The notes under the pieces are model-generated. The model ran no database searches and was not told the DNA's origin. It saw only the letters and a program-made list of their open reading frames with translations. Made by a program: the position numbers and the translations under genes. Source: Calditrichales bacterium (GTDB lineage: Bacteria > Calditrichota > Calditrichia > Calditrichales > J004). Taken from it: a stretch of 64,000 nt of DNA. Below are positions 51,173-61,114 of the stretch, in pieces (positions within the stretch are counted from its first letter, which is position 1; each line of letters begins with the position of its first letter). Location: positions 3,872,001 through 3,936,000 of the forward strand of contig OZ254086.1 in the NCBI GenBank assembly GCA_965267575.1, written 5' to 3'.

Positions 51173-52024
51173 TTAATCGGTTATTGCGGAAGTTGTATCA
51201 CTTTGCGCGTTCACGCTGTCTGCCGGTGCTTTTTTAGGGCGGGCTGCGCTCGTTTTTTTACGCAATTCCGCTACACCGCTGCGGTCAACTTTAAGATAGG
51301 TTATAATCTCGCCGCGTTTGCCTAAAGCACCCAGAGAATCCCCGTTTACATTAAACTGTATGCCCGCGGCGTTACCAACAAGAAAGCTGATAACAGAGTC
51401 GGCTTCAACCGCTCTTTTGTTGCCTGTCCACAGGGTAAATTCCGTGGTATCGCTTCTATCAACTATGTAGCGCAGCCAGGTTGTATCGACAGCGACAATT
51501 TCAACATTCACCTTCGTGCTTTGCTGCTTCTCCGCTACAGGCGGGTTGGCCTGTTTATCCAGCTCTTCGGCAATTTCTCTTACCGGCAGTTCGCGCACCA
51601 GTTTTTGCTCGCCTTCGACCGTGCGACTGTTCCAGATGAAAAACGCGATCAACGCAATAAGAATAATGATAGGACCGCCAAAGAACAGCGTTTTTAGATT
51701 AAAAATGGGATGGCTGTGTTCCTCGCGGATCAGGATCTTCTGCAAAGTCGTTGTCGGTGTCGGGTGGAACAGAGCCTTGCGGTGTCTCCTGAAAGCGTCC
51801 AGGAAACGTTGCGGATCTTCCAGCTGCAGATAAGACAAGTAAGTCTGAAAAAACAGCTTATCGTAAACTTCAGGAATCTTTTCAAACTCGCCATGTTCGA
51901 TCGCTTCCAGGTAGCGCAGCTGAATACGGCTGTCTTTGGCTATGGCTTCAAGCGATATTTGCTTTTCCTGTCTTATTTGCCGCAACTCGGCAAAAATATC
52001 ATTCTGTTCAGGATTCTGTTCCAT
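51173..52024 (-). CDS. RodZ-like protein (HTH - TM - periplasmic beta domain)
   Basis: LRQIRQEKQISLE...YLEAIEHG HTH, one TM, VGNAAGI C-terminal motif. Confidence 0.85.
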   Translation of the reverse strand: MEQNPEQNDIFAELRQIRQEKQISLEAIAKDSRIQLRYLEAIEHGEFEKIPEVYDKLFFQTYLSYLQLEDPQRFLDAFRRHRKALFHPTPTTTLQKILIREEHSHPIFNLKTLFFGGPIIILIALIAFFIWNSRTVEGEQKLVRELPVREIAEELDKQANPPVAEKQQSTKVNVEIVAVDTTWLRYIVDRSDTTEFTLWTGNKRAVEADSVISFLVGNAAGIQFNVNGDSLGALGKRGEIITYLKVDRSGVAELRKKTSAARPKKAPADSVNAQSDTTSAITD

Positions 52025-53720
52025 CCGCTACCTCAAAATCTTTTACCCTAAGTTGAATCGTGGTTTTACCCTGCCAGTTGATTTCTTCAATTACATAGGC
52101 GAAATCGAAGCTGGAATTATTGTCCGACAATATATCAATATATTCGGCCATATTATAGGCAATCGCGTCTATTACCATGCCTGCCTGGCCAAGTTTAAAC
52201 TTCAGATGGTTGCCACCCACACGGACGACGTCTCCGAAGGGCTTTAGGCCGCGCGATACAAACACGGGTCGCATATGATTGGGACCGTATGGCGCCATCA
52301 GCTTTAGCCAATGGAAAAAATTTCCGTCAAAATCACCTAGCTTTATCTCCGCAGAAATATCGAGCGGTGGTTTTTGCTGTGGCACCGGCCCGCTGGCCTG
52401 GGCCAGAATATTTATTTTCTCTCGGAACTGGTCAATATTCTCGGTGGCAATACTCAATCCGGACGCGCAGGCATGGCCGCCATATGAAAGCAGCAGACTC
52501 TCCAACTGCCGGAACGCGTTAAAAATATTAAAATCAATCGTCGAGCGCGCGGAGGCTTTACCAACGCCGTTGCTGGTGGAAATAAGTACCGTGGGGCGAT
52601 TGTATTTTTCAAGCAGGCGGCTGGCTACTATACCTATCACGCCCAGGTGCCAGTTTTCGCGTGCCAGCACAAGGATATGGGTTTTTTCGAGATCCACATG
52701 TTGCTGAATGTATTCGTCCGCTTCCTTAAACGTAAGCTCATCGATATCTTTTCGTTTGCGGTTTTCAACGTTCAGGATCTGGGCAATATTTTTAGCCTGC
52801 TGCGGGCTTACGGATGTGACAAGGTGCACGGCTTTTTTGGCATTGGAAATTCTGCCAACAGCATTGATGCGCGGCGCCAGCACAAACACGATAATACTAA
52901 CGGTTATAGTCTGCCTTGCAACTCCGGCGATCCGCATTAACGCCTCTATTCCGGGGCGTGGGTTGTTGTTGATTTTTTTTAGACCGTGGTGCAGAATGAT
53001 ACGATTCTCGCCCAATACATCGACGATGTCGGCGGCGGTACCGATGGCCACCAGGTCCAGATATTCATGGCTTTTTTCAGGCGGAAAACCCAGAGCGGAG
53101 TTAATGCCCTGCAGAAGCTTGAATGCCACGCCGCATCCGGCCAGCTCGGTATAAGGATACCCAGATTTTTCCAGCTTGGGATTTAAAATGGCATAGGCCG
53201 GCGGCAAGCTATGGGCCACCTGGTGATGGTCGCAGATAATGACGTCGATACCCTTTTCGTTGGCATAGGCAATTTCCTCATTGGCCGTAATACCGCAATC
53301 TACTGTAATTATCAGCCCCACTTTACGCCGCGCTGCGCCATCAATGGCCCGCATAGACAAGCCGTAACCTTCGGTGAGCCGGCTGGGTATATAAAATGAA
53401 ATTTTGCCGCCAAGCCGGTGCAGCGAGTCATACAATACAGAAACACCGGTGACACCGTCAACGTCATAATCGCCATAGATTAGCACCTGCTCGCCATCCT
53501 GCAACGCGTTGATCACACGATCGACGGCTTTATGCATATCACGCATCAAAAAGGGATCGTGTAGGCCCGAAAGCGGACAATCGACAAATTCCCGCAGCCT
53601 GTCCCGGTTGTCGATTCCGCGGTCCACGAGAAGCTTCTCAATAATGGACGGAATGTTTAGACCAGAACCATCCGCTATCGCCCTGGAGACGGAATCCGGC
53701 AAAGTCCAATCATAGTGCAT
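52008..53720 (-). CDS. recJ: Single-stranded-DNA-specific exonuclease RecJ
   Basis: GDYDVDG, VDCG, DHH, PRINAVGR, SARS and GGH motifs; ATG at 53720 with an AGGTG SD (GTG at 53729 is an alternative). Confidence 0.95.
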   Translation of the reverse strand: MHYDWTLPDSVSRAIADGSGLNIPSIIEKLLVDRGIDNRDRLREFVDCPLSGLHDPFLMRDMHKAVDRVINALQDGEQVLIYGDYDVDGVTGVSVLYDSLHRLGGKISFYIPSRLTEGYGLSMRAIDGAARRKVGLIITVDCGITANEEIAYANEKGIDVIICDHHQVAHSLPPAYAILNPKLEKSGYPYTELAGCGVAFKLLQGINSALGFPPEKSHEYLDLVAIGTAADIVDVLGENRIILHHGLKKINNNPRPGIEALMRIAGVARQTITVSIIVFVLAPRINAVGRISNAKKAVHLVTSVSPQQAKNIAQILNVENRKRKDIDELTFKEADEYIQQHVDLEKTHILVLARENWHLGVIGIVASRLLEKYNRPTVLISTSNGVGKASARSTIDFNIFNAFRQLESLLLSYGGHACASGLSIATENIDQFREKINILAQASGPVPQQKPPLDISAEIKLGDFDGNFFHWLKLMAPYGPNHMRPVFVSRGLKPFGDVVRVGGNHLKFKLGQAGMVIDAIAYNMAEYIDILSDNNSSFDFAYVIEEINWQGKTTIQLRVKDFEVADGTES

Positions 53721-53736
53721 AAACCACACCTAAAAT

Positions 53737-54138
<402 letters not shown>

Positions 54139-54152
54139 ATTTTTTATTTGTT

Positions 54153-54860
54153 TTACTTTTCGTTCCAAACCAGGATGCGTCCGCAAAATTCACATTCATA
54201 TACCGTGTTCATTTTGCGCACTTCCACAACTTTCTGCGGTGGTATCGCGGAAAAACAACCACCGCAATGGCCATCCACAACCGGTGCTATGCCGCGTCCG
54301 TCTCTTGCGTGACGAACCGTTTCGTATGAAGCCAGAACAGATTTTTTAACACTTTTGAGGAGCTTTTCGCGTTCTCCACGCAAACCGGCTTCCTCTTCCG
54401 CCGTTTCAGCCATCCGCTCGTCAAGCTCGGCCCTGTTCTCCTTAAGTTCTTCTTCAAGCGTTTTCAGGTCTGCTTCACCCTCTGTTACGCGGGCCATGGC
54501 TTCTTCAATAATCAGGTTGGATTTTTTTAATTCCGCTTCGCTTTCCTTTAAACTCGCTTGCGCGCTTTCTATTTCCGTTGTAATAGCATCATACTCGCGA
54601 TTTGTTTTAACCTGATACAATTGCTCTTCATATTTTTTCAGTGTGGCGCGGGCTTCTTCGATATTCTTTTCCAGTTCGCGTACACGTTCCTTGTGCGTCT
54701 TTATATCATTTTCCAGCTTTTCCAGTTCCTGCTTTTTGGCCGAAACCTTTTCTTCCAATCCTTCGACTATAAGTGGTAAATCACCACGTTCTTCCAATAA
54801 TTCATCCAGGCGATTGTCAACATCCTGTAACTCAATCAGAGCCTGAAGCGATTTCTGCAC
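54153..54860 (-). CDS. Coiled-coil protein with C-terminal C4 zinc ribbon (DUF164/CT398-like)
   Basis: LIELQDVD, KTNREY, CGGC...CEFCGRIL; GGGAGG SD before the GTG; typical rnpB neighbour. Confidence 0.9.
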   Translation of the reverse strand: MQKSLQALIELQDVDNRLDELLEERGDLPLIVEGLEEKVSAKKQELEKLENDIKTHKERVRELEKNIEEARATLKKYEEQLYQVKTNREYDAITTEIESAQASLKESEAELKKSNLIIEEAMARVTEGEADLKTLEEELKENRAELDERMAETAEEEAGLRGEREKLLKSVKKSVLASYETVRHARDGRGIAPVVDGHCGGCFSAIPPQKVVEVRKMNTVYECEFCGRILVWNEK

Positions 54861-54884
54861 GGTTATGCCTCCCGTTTTTGCGAT

Positions 54885-54920
54885 AAAAAAAATGCACCTT
54901 ACGCTTTGTAAGATGCATTT
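54885..54920 (-). terminator. Rho-independent terminator downstream of the tRNA
   Basis: Minus strand AAATGCATCTTAC-AAAGC-GTAAGGTGCATTT followed by a U-tract. Confidence 0.75.
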
Positions 54921-55009
54921 CTGTTGTCTTTGTAATTATTTTCTAGAAAAGTTTTTCGATGACCTGCTCCAATCATGAATCGCAGCATACATTCCCTCTT
55001 AAAAATGAG

Positions 55010-55083
55010 TGGGCCCACAGGGACTCGAACCCCGGACCAGCCGATTATGAGTCGGCTGCTCTAACCAACTGAGCTATGGGCCC
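55010..55083 (-). tRNA. tRNA-Ile2 (CAT anticodon, lysidine type); CCA not encoded
   Basis: GGGCCCATAGCTCAGTTGGTTAGAGCAGCCGACTCATAATCGGCTGGTCCGGGGTTCGAGTCCCTGTGGGCCCA folds as a cloverleaf. The GGGCC acceptor and CGACTCATAATCG anticodon arm resemble Ile2 rather than Met/fMet. Confidence 0.9.
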
Positions 55084-55101
55084 TTATTTTCGCGAACTTT
55101 T

Positions 55102-55130
55102 AATTTATGACTTGAGTCACATAAAATCAA
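55102..55130 (-). promoter_or_regulatory. Putative tRNA promoter
   Basis: Minus strand TTGATT-17 nt-TAAATT, with the -10 ending 18 nt upstream of the tRNA. Confidence 0.6.
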
Positions 55131-57139
55131 CCATCCAACAAAGTTATTAATGAGCATTTTGTAATCGAATCGAGGAAAGCTTTAAGCTGAGACCGGGAGA
55201 CAACCAGCACCTTTTTTTTGTTCAGCTCCATTTCGAAGCTCATTATATCTTCTTCAGCGGCCTTTGTGTCCACATATAGATAAAAGCAACCACCCGCCAT
55301 GACAAGCGATTGCGCTGGAATCATCTCAAACCATATGTCCAAGGCATCAAAAAAAAGTGTCTTCAGCTGATCAGGATTGTTTTCCTCATTGCTATAGACA
55401 ATAGCGGTTTTTAAGCCCGCTTCTCCGGGAGACGTCTTTAGAAGCCACTGTAGCATGCCGCGCGACCGACGCACTTCAAAATCAATAGAATCTTCGCGTC
55501 GCATGTTCACGCTGTAAATCCCCTCTTCCAGGCTGATCGCTTCAGGCTTAATGCAATCAACGGATATACTTTTCCTGCTCTCTTTTCTGCGCAGGTTTAT
55601 AAATCTCTGCAATAAATCGTAGCTGTCCCACAACCTGGCATCCAGAACGACACGTCCCGCCGGGATCTCTTCTTCACTTAGCTTTTTACCCGAAACTTCG
55701 AAGTAATTTATGGCATAGCGCGGATCGACTTTTTTCTTTGCAAGATAAAAGACGTGTCTGCCCCGCGCTTCAACAGCAGTGCCCTCAATCGATAAAACCA
55801 GATCACTCTTTTTGTTTATCGTAATCTGAAAACGCTTGCTTTTAAACAAAAACTTAAAGCTATCCGTGCCGATCGTAACGCGAAAATCACGCCACGCTGT
55901 ATCGATCAAAAACTCCGTTTCGCCTGAGGTTATCCGGCAGAATGTTGCCTCTTCCCGGTTTTCCCGCCCCGTGCAAACAACTGAAACATTTCTCTTTTGG
56001 CGGTCAAAATACATATCAGCCGCTTGATTAATACCTATTTCAGGTAATCCCGGAAATCTTATTGAAGCATGTATGCCTTTTTTGCTTTGCCTGCGAACAA
56101 CCTTCAAATCTTCTTTTTGGATCGAATAGAAAGGCGCGTTATGGGGCAGATCATAATGCCTGACAGTGAACCCATTTTTTTGTGCAAATACACCGCAAAG
56201 TTTTTGTAAAAAGGAAATCAACCGCCAGCCATCTGCATAATCTTTCCCGTGCTCTTTCAGCAAATATTTCTCAATTTTTACGGACAAAACATCTTCCCAC
56301 CAAAAGCCGTGATATAACGCGCCCAAATAAAAGGACATTATATCCAAAGGATGTTGCCGCAAAAGACCGGTGAGTTTGTTGGCGAGCAAAGGCTGCGAAA
56401 GAACGTTCCAGTTTTGTTGAATTTCCGAACGCGCGAGAGCGTCTAACCGGCCGGCTTTAAATGCTTTAAAATAGCCCGTCTTTGGCGCATTGCCCTTCCA
56501 TTGTGCAGATATTTCCAAAATACAATCACGCCAGAAAACGAAAAAGCGCACTATGTTGTCGTCTGAATTATTTTCGAATAGACGGACACAGTTGAACCAT
56601 ATGTCATCAATTTGCTTTACGAGGACACCCGGTAAACGGAAATTGGCAAGAACATGCTGCCCGCGACGTTGTTCCACCTTGTTCAGGATAAAAAGCACCG
56701 GCTCTTCCGCCGGCTCCTCTGCGCTTATCCATAGTTGAGCGCCGTCAGCTTTCAGATTGCCTGTCTGTTTCACCCAGCCACCATCTTTAAAAACAAAAAC
56801 ACCGTTATCCGGTTTAGTTGTGACACGCAAGGGAAACAGCGCATCACCGCACTGAAAGCAGATAAGCTGCTTCTGGAGGTCAAAGCAAAACAAAGAAGTG
56901 CTGGAATCGCGCAGCGCAGAAACGGTAAAATCGGTTTGCGGAATACGCCAGGTTGAGATTGTTAACGGCTCTTGGGAGCTGGTGCTTATTTCAAGTGTAT
57001 GCTGTAGAAACTTTAGATAGTAACGGTCCCTTAGGCGCTCGAAATCCGCGGACAGATCAATAATGTAGTCCTCAATAGATGCACCGCTAAACAAGCGCGC
57101 TAGGAAATTCCGGATATGGTTATATGAAGACAATGACAT
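55127..57139 (-). CDS. Hypothetical protein (670 aa, no recognised family)
   Basis: Long ORF exactly filling the rseP-tRNA gap on the co-oriented strand; no motif recognised. Confidence 0.75.
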   Translation of the reverse strand: MSLSSYNHIRNFLARLFSGASIEDYIIDLSADFERLRDRYYLKFLQHTLEISTSSQEPLTISTWRIPQTDFTVSALRDSSTSLFCFDLQKQLICFQCGDALFPLRVTTKPDNGVFVFKDGGWVKQTGNLKADGAQLWISAEEPAEEPVLFILNKVEQRRGQHVLANFRLPGVLVKQIDDIWFNCVRLFENNSDDNIVRFFVFWRDCILEISAQWKGNAPKTGYFKAFKAGRLDALARSEIQQNWNVLSQPLLANKLTGLLRQHPLDIMSFYLGALYHGFWWEDVLSVKIEKYLLKEHGKDYADGWRLISFLQKLCGVFAQKNGFTVRHYDLPHNAPFYSIQKEDLKVVRRQSKKGIHASIRFPGLPEIGINQAADMYFDRQKRNVSVVCTGRENREEATFCRITSGETEFLIDTAWRDFRVTIGTDSFKFLFKSKRFQITINKKSDLVLSIEGTAVEARGRHVFYLAKKKVDPRYAINYFEVSGKKLSEEEIPAGRVVLDARLWDSYDLLQRFINLRRKESRKSISVDCIKPEAISLEEGIYSVNMRREDSIDFEVRRSRGMLQWLLKTSPGEAGLKTAIVYSNEENNPDQLKTLFFDALDIWFEMIPAQSLVMAGGCFYLYVDTKAAEEDIMSFEMELNKKKVLVVSRSQLKAFLDSITKCSLITLLDG

Positions 57140-57150
57140 CCCGTTTATAC

Positions 57151-57174
57151 AAAAAAGGCCGGTAAAACCGGCCT
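57151..57174 (-). terminator. Rho-independent terminator after rseP
   Basis: Minus strand AGGCCGGT-TTT-ACCGGCCT followed by a U-tract. Confidence 0.75.
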
Positions 57175-57194
57175 GCGTTTAAAAGGTTGGAATT

Positions 57195-58514
57195 CTAAAA
57201 AAACCGATTGATGTCAATATACAATACAAAAATAATAAAAGTAAGCAGCAAGGCCATACCAACCTGTTGAATTATCAGCCTTGTGCGGATAGAGAGCGGA
57301 CGTCCCATTATACCCTCAGCTATGAGGAAGGCAAGGTGCCCTCCATCCAATGCAGGTATGGGCAGAATATTAAAAAAGGCCAGTACCGTGCTAAGGGCCG
57401 CAATCAGACTCCAGAATTGTATCCAGCCTGCCCTTGCGGCGTCACCGGCCATTTTAGCGATCATTACGGGGCCGCCGATTGTTTCCGTGGCTGTTTTCTT
57501 GCCGGATATCCACCACCACATGCCTTTGATATTCAAATACATGATAACAAACGGCTGCGTAATACCTACTTCCGCGGCACGGGCAAAGGAAATATCCTTG
57601 CGTTCTATAAAGGGCCTGATTCCAATGATACCATATGAACTTTCAGTACCGCTTTCGTCAACGTTGTTGTAGGTAATCGGCTTTATGGTCGATTCCATCT
57701 GCTGACCGTTGCGCTGCCATGCTATGCTGATTTCTTCACCCGGGTGGGCGCGAATGATCTCGGACATTTCATCCCAGGTATTTACGGGCTTTCCTGTAAT
57801 GGAAACGATCCTGTCCCCGTCTTGCAGCCCCACTTCAGCGGCGGGCATATCCGGGGAAACGTCACCAACACGTGCCGGCATAAGCGGTCTTATGTCCAGC
57901 AATTCGCCCTTTTCTTCGCTGAGCCACTCACCTTTGTAGGTAAGCTGCATTTGTTGACCATCACGCACTATATCAAAGCGTACGTCATCTTCAATATGCT
58001 CAAAAAAGGTCACCGGGATGTCATTCCATTCATCAACTTTTTCACCGTTGATGGCCAGAATTTCATCGCCGCTTTGCAGCCCGATTTTTTCAGCAACCCC
58101 GCTTTCGCCCGAAACGGTAATCGTCGTTGTGCTGTTAACAACCTCGCCTTGTGAAAAGCTTAAAAAGGTATATATCACTACAGCCAGGATAAAATTCATG
58201 ATCACACCGGCTGTAATGATCACCATCCGCTTCCAAACGGGTTTCGAGCTGTATTCATCATCGGCGCCGGTTTCCTTGGTATCCATGCTTTCATCCACAA
58301 AACCGGCCATTTTCACATAACCACCCAAGGGAATCGCCGAAAGGCAAAATTCGGTATCACCTATTTTTCTGCTATATAAAACAGGGGGGAAACCGATCGA
58401 GAAACGCTCTACGCGTACACCCATCCAACGGGCAGCAAGAAAGTGTCCAAGTTCATGAATGAGAACCAGCAGGCCAAAGACAAAAATAATGGCGAGAATA
58501 TTTATCAAAGACAT
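57195..58514 (-). CDS. rseP: RIP metalloprotease RseP
   Basis: HELGH, PLGGYVKM, two PDZ domains, NILPIPALDGG. Confidence 0.96.
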   Translation of the reverse strand: MSLINILAIIFVFGLLVLIHELGHFLAARWMGVRVERFSIGFPPVLYSRKIGDTEFCLSAIPLGGYVKMAGFVDESMDTKETGADDEYSSKPVWKRMVIITAGVIMNFILAVVIYTFLSFSQGEVVNSTTTITVSGESGVAEKIGLQSGDEILAINGEKVDEWNDIPVTFFEHIEDDVRFDIVRDGQQMQLTYKGEWLSEEKGELLDIRPLMPARVGDVSPDMPAAEVGLQDGDRIVSITGKPVNTWDEMSEIIRAHPGEEISIAWQRNGQQMESTIKPITYNNVDESGTESSYGIIGIRPFIERKDISFARAAEVGITQPFVIMYLNIKGMWWWISGKKTATETIGGPVMIAKMAGDAARAGWIQFWSLIAALSTVLAFFNILPIPALDGGHLAFLIAEGIMGRPLSIRTRLIIQQVGMALLLTFIIFVLYIDINRFF

Positions 58515-58581
58515 TTATTGCTTCCAGAAATTTGAACCAACTTCGCTAACGAAATCGCTCTGTTTTTTGTTTCAGATTTGC

Positions 58582-58610
58582 AAAAAAGGACAACCCCAAA
58601 GGATTGTCCC
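58582..58610 (-). terminator. Rho-independent terminator after the OMP gene
   Basis: Minus strand GGACAATCC-TTTG-GGGTTGTCC followed by T6. Confidence 0.75.
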
Positions 58611-58636
58611 CATATTTTATATGTAATTAGTCAAGC

Positions 58637-59461
58637 CTATATGGAGATGCCGTAACCGACGGCGACAAATAGATTGCTTCCGCGGCCACCCACTTCAGCA
58701 CGAAGTCCAAAGGCAGTAAGGCCCAGCGCGTAGCGGAATCCATTGCTGTCTATATCACCCGATTTCTTTTCTTCCACAGCCTGGCCATTGCTTAATACAG
58801 CGTTGTTCCAGTCCAGCGTCGTGGTGCCGGTTTCGACTGCCAGTTTACCATATACACGTGCAACAATAAGATCGTAGCTAAGAAGAGCTCCGAAATTCAC
58901 GGCACTCATGCCAAGATTAATGCCTGTGCTGACCGTGCCGTCGTTCGTGCCATTATTATCCACATCCACAACCTGTTCCTTGCTGACGCCAAAATCCTGC
59001 GTATTGTATTCAACAAATACAGCGGTGGCCGGAAAAGCAGGCACCGGAATCAGGTCGGTCAATTCATATTTCAATCCAAAGCCCAGTGCTTTCAGGCTGG
59101 CGTCAAACAGTTCGGATTCCGGGAAAAAGCGTCCATAAGCTTCAAATCCCGCCGTACCAAAGCCAACCTGTACGCCAAGACCGGAAGGAGCGAAACCATC
59201 TTCAGCAAGACCCAGGTTTTCATTTTTGCTGAATTGTCCCAGCCCAAGGAAGACACCGGCGCTGATTCGAAAAACCGACGGCGCGCTGGCATCGGTCCAG
59301 GTAAGAGCGTTCATACCGGCATAAATACTATTGTTAAAGTCTTCAAAATCGCCTTTAAAGGCATCGATATCCTGGTACCGGGTTAAATCGAGATCCTGTT
59401 GTGCGGAAAGGGGTGCTAAACCTAATAGCAAAACAAGTAAACTCAGTAGAAATTTGCGCAT
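58637..59461 (-). CDS. Putative outer-membrane beta-barrel protein (DUF6588-like)
   Basis: Signal peptide, alternating amphipathic strands, FGLKYELTDLIP, terminal VGYGISI; strong SD; own terminator. Confidence 0.7.
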   Translation of the reverse strand: MRKFLLSLLVLLLGLAPLSAQQDLDLTRYQDIDAFKGDFEDFNNSIYAGMNALTWTDASAPSVFRISAGVFLGLGQFSKNENLGLAEDGFAPSGLGVQVGFGTAGFEAYGRFFPESELFDASLKALGFGLKYELTDLIPVPAFPATAVFVEYNTQDFGVSKEQVVDVDNNGTNDGTVSTGINLGMSAVNFGALLSYDLIVARVYGKLAVETGTTTLDWNNAVLSNGQAVEEKKSGDIDSNGFRYALGLTAFGLRAEVGGRGSNLFVAVGYGISI

Positions 59462-59529
59462 GGTAGATTCTCCTTATCTGTAAGAGTTAATTCGTTCAAT
59501 ATACTGCCTGCCAACCAAAAGGCGCAAGC

Positions 59530-60327
59530 CTAATGGCCCACAATAAAGGCCCCCTTTTCCTGACCTGCGCCGGATAATTCGGCTTTGTCCGGATAACGGT
59601 AAACAATTTCATCAAAATCGTACTGCAGAACATCGAGCAGTTTTTCCGCAATACGAACGGGATTGAGCGGCCCGGGCTTTATCTCATCCAGTACGATCGA
59701 CTTCTCGCGCAGAAACCGGCCCTGCTTTTCTCTCTCTGCTGGCGACAAATGCAGAAGATCCGTTATGGCGTATTGCGCTTCTCCGATCAACACGGAGCCA
59801 TGCTGCAACAACGAGGCGCGATACAGCTTTTGGGCGCTGCCGACCACCTTGCGGCCGTTGAATTGTATTTCGCTTTTGGCCGCCCGGTTAAAACAGGCGA
59901 ACGTGTCCGTTCCTTTGTTCAGATAATTGCTGTCGCCGCCGGTTTCATTCAAATGAACGTTATAGCCGAGAAGATTTAAAGCGGCCGCAAGCCGCCGGTG
60001 TAAAAAAGAATATATCTCATGATGCTTTACGGCCTTACCCGGTATAATAAGGCTATAGGTAAGTTCGTCGGCATGCAGAATGGCGCTGCCGCCCGTAGGA
60101 CGGCGGACGCAATAAAAGCCGGTCTCTTTCAGCGCGGAGAAATCGATTTCAGTGGGATCCTGGTGTTTTCCCAGGGAAAGGGTCCAGGGTGACCAGCCAT
60201 AAAAGCGCAAAATTGGGTCGTCCGTTTCGGCAATATTGCGGGCAAGAAAATAGTCCAGCGCCATATTAAATGCGCCGTTAAAACTTTCGTATGGCATAAC
60301 CCGCAACCGGGAAAAAGGCAACTTCAT
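59530..60327 (-). CDS. Lipoate-protein ligase family protein (LipM-like octanoyltransferase)
   Basis: NMALD, LRFYGW, RRPTGGSAILH, CF, KVVGSAQ and LQHGS motifs. Confidence 0.88.
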   Translation of the reverse strand: MKLPFSRLRVMPYESFNGAFNMALDYFLARNIAETDDPILRFYGWSPWTLSLGKHQDPTEIDFSALKETGFYCVRRPTGGSAILHADELTYSLIIPGKAVKHHEIYSFLHRRLAAALNLLGYNVHLNETGGDSNYLNKGTDTFACFNRAAKSEIQFNGRKVVGSAQKLYRASLLQHGSVLIGEAQYAITDLLHLSPAEREKQGRFLREKSIVLDEIKPGPLNPVRIAEKLLDVLQYDFDEIVYRYPDKAELSGAGQEKGAFIVGH

Positions 60328-60328
60328 C

Positions 60329-61105
60329 TTAGCGGATGATACCTCTTTCCGCAGACTTCAGAAAATTAATCAGGTCGGTTACTTCCGGCAGGTTATTGTC
60401 TCCGCTTTCAAGGATTTCTATGGCCCTTTTCACGGTATGGTTCTGGCGATACAATACACGGTATGCCTGGCTTAAGGCTTCCAGTGATTCGGCCGAAAAA
60501 CCGCGTCTCTGCAGCCCGATTCGGTTTAAGCCGGCAAAACGGGTTGGTTCGCCCATGGCTAATATATATGGCGGGATATCTTTTTTAACTTTCTGCATAC
60601 CGCCTATAAAAGCATGCCTGCCGATTTTCACAAACTGGTGGACCGCCGTCAAACCGCCAATACCCACATTACTTTCAATGATTACATGTCCGGCGAGGTT
60701 AACGGAGTTTGCCAAAACAACATTATCACCAATCTGGCAATCGTGAGCGACGTGCGAATAAGCCATAAGCAGGCAATTACTGCCAACGCGCGTGTAATAA
60801 GAGTGTGTCGTAGCTCGATTTAAGGTGGCATATTCGCGGATAGTCGTTTTTTCCCCGACTTCCAGAAATGTCGGTTCTTCATCAACAAATTTCAGGTCCT
60901 GCGGTTCACTGCCCAGCACGGCGCCCTGGAAAACGCGGCAGCCTGCTCCAAGCCGCGTGCCCGATGCAATACGCACATGGGCGCCAATCTGACAACCATC
61001 CCCGATGACAACATTCTCCTCGATTATGCTAAAAGGTCCAACATCAACATTGGCGCCTAAGTCGGCTTTCGGACTAACCAGTGCTTTGGAATCTATTGTG
61101 GCCAT
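60329..61105 (-). CDS. lpxA: UDP-N-acetylglucosamine acyltransferase
   Basis: Hexapeptide repeats; PQDLK, HVAHDC, LAGHV, VHQF and GLNRIGL motifs. Confidence 0.96.
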   Translation of the reverse strand: MATIDSKALVSPKADLGANVDVGPFSIIEENVVIGDGCQIGAHVRIASGTRLGAGCRVFQGAVLGSEPQDLKFVDEEPTFLEVGEKTTIREYATLNRATTHSYYTRVGSNCLLMAYSHVAHDCQIGDNVVLANSVNLAGHVIIESNVGIGGLTAVHQFVKIGRHAFIGGMQKVKKDIPPYILAMGEPTRFAGLNRIGLQRRGFSAESLEALSQAYRVLYRQNHTVKRAIEILESGDNNLPEVTDLINFLKSAERGIIR

Positions 61106-61114
61106 CTGTGCTCC

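Noticed and set aside
55010..55083. tRNA-Met or initiator tRNA call
   Set aside because: It has a G1-C72 pair and lacks the three consecutive G-C anticodon-stem pairs of fMet; the sequence resembles Ile2.
55010..57139. tRNA-associated genomic island
   Set aside because: The orphan gene lies 5' of the tRNA; no integrase and no duplicated tRNA 3' end were seen, and flanking genes are core.
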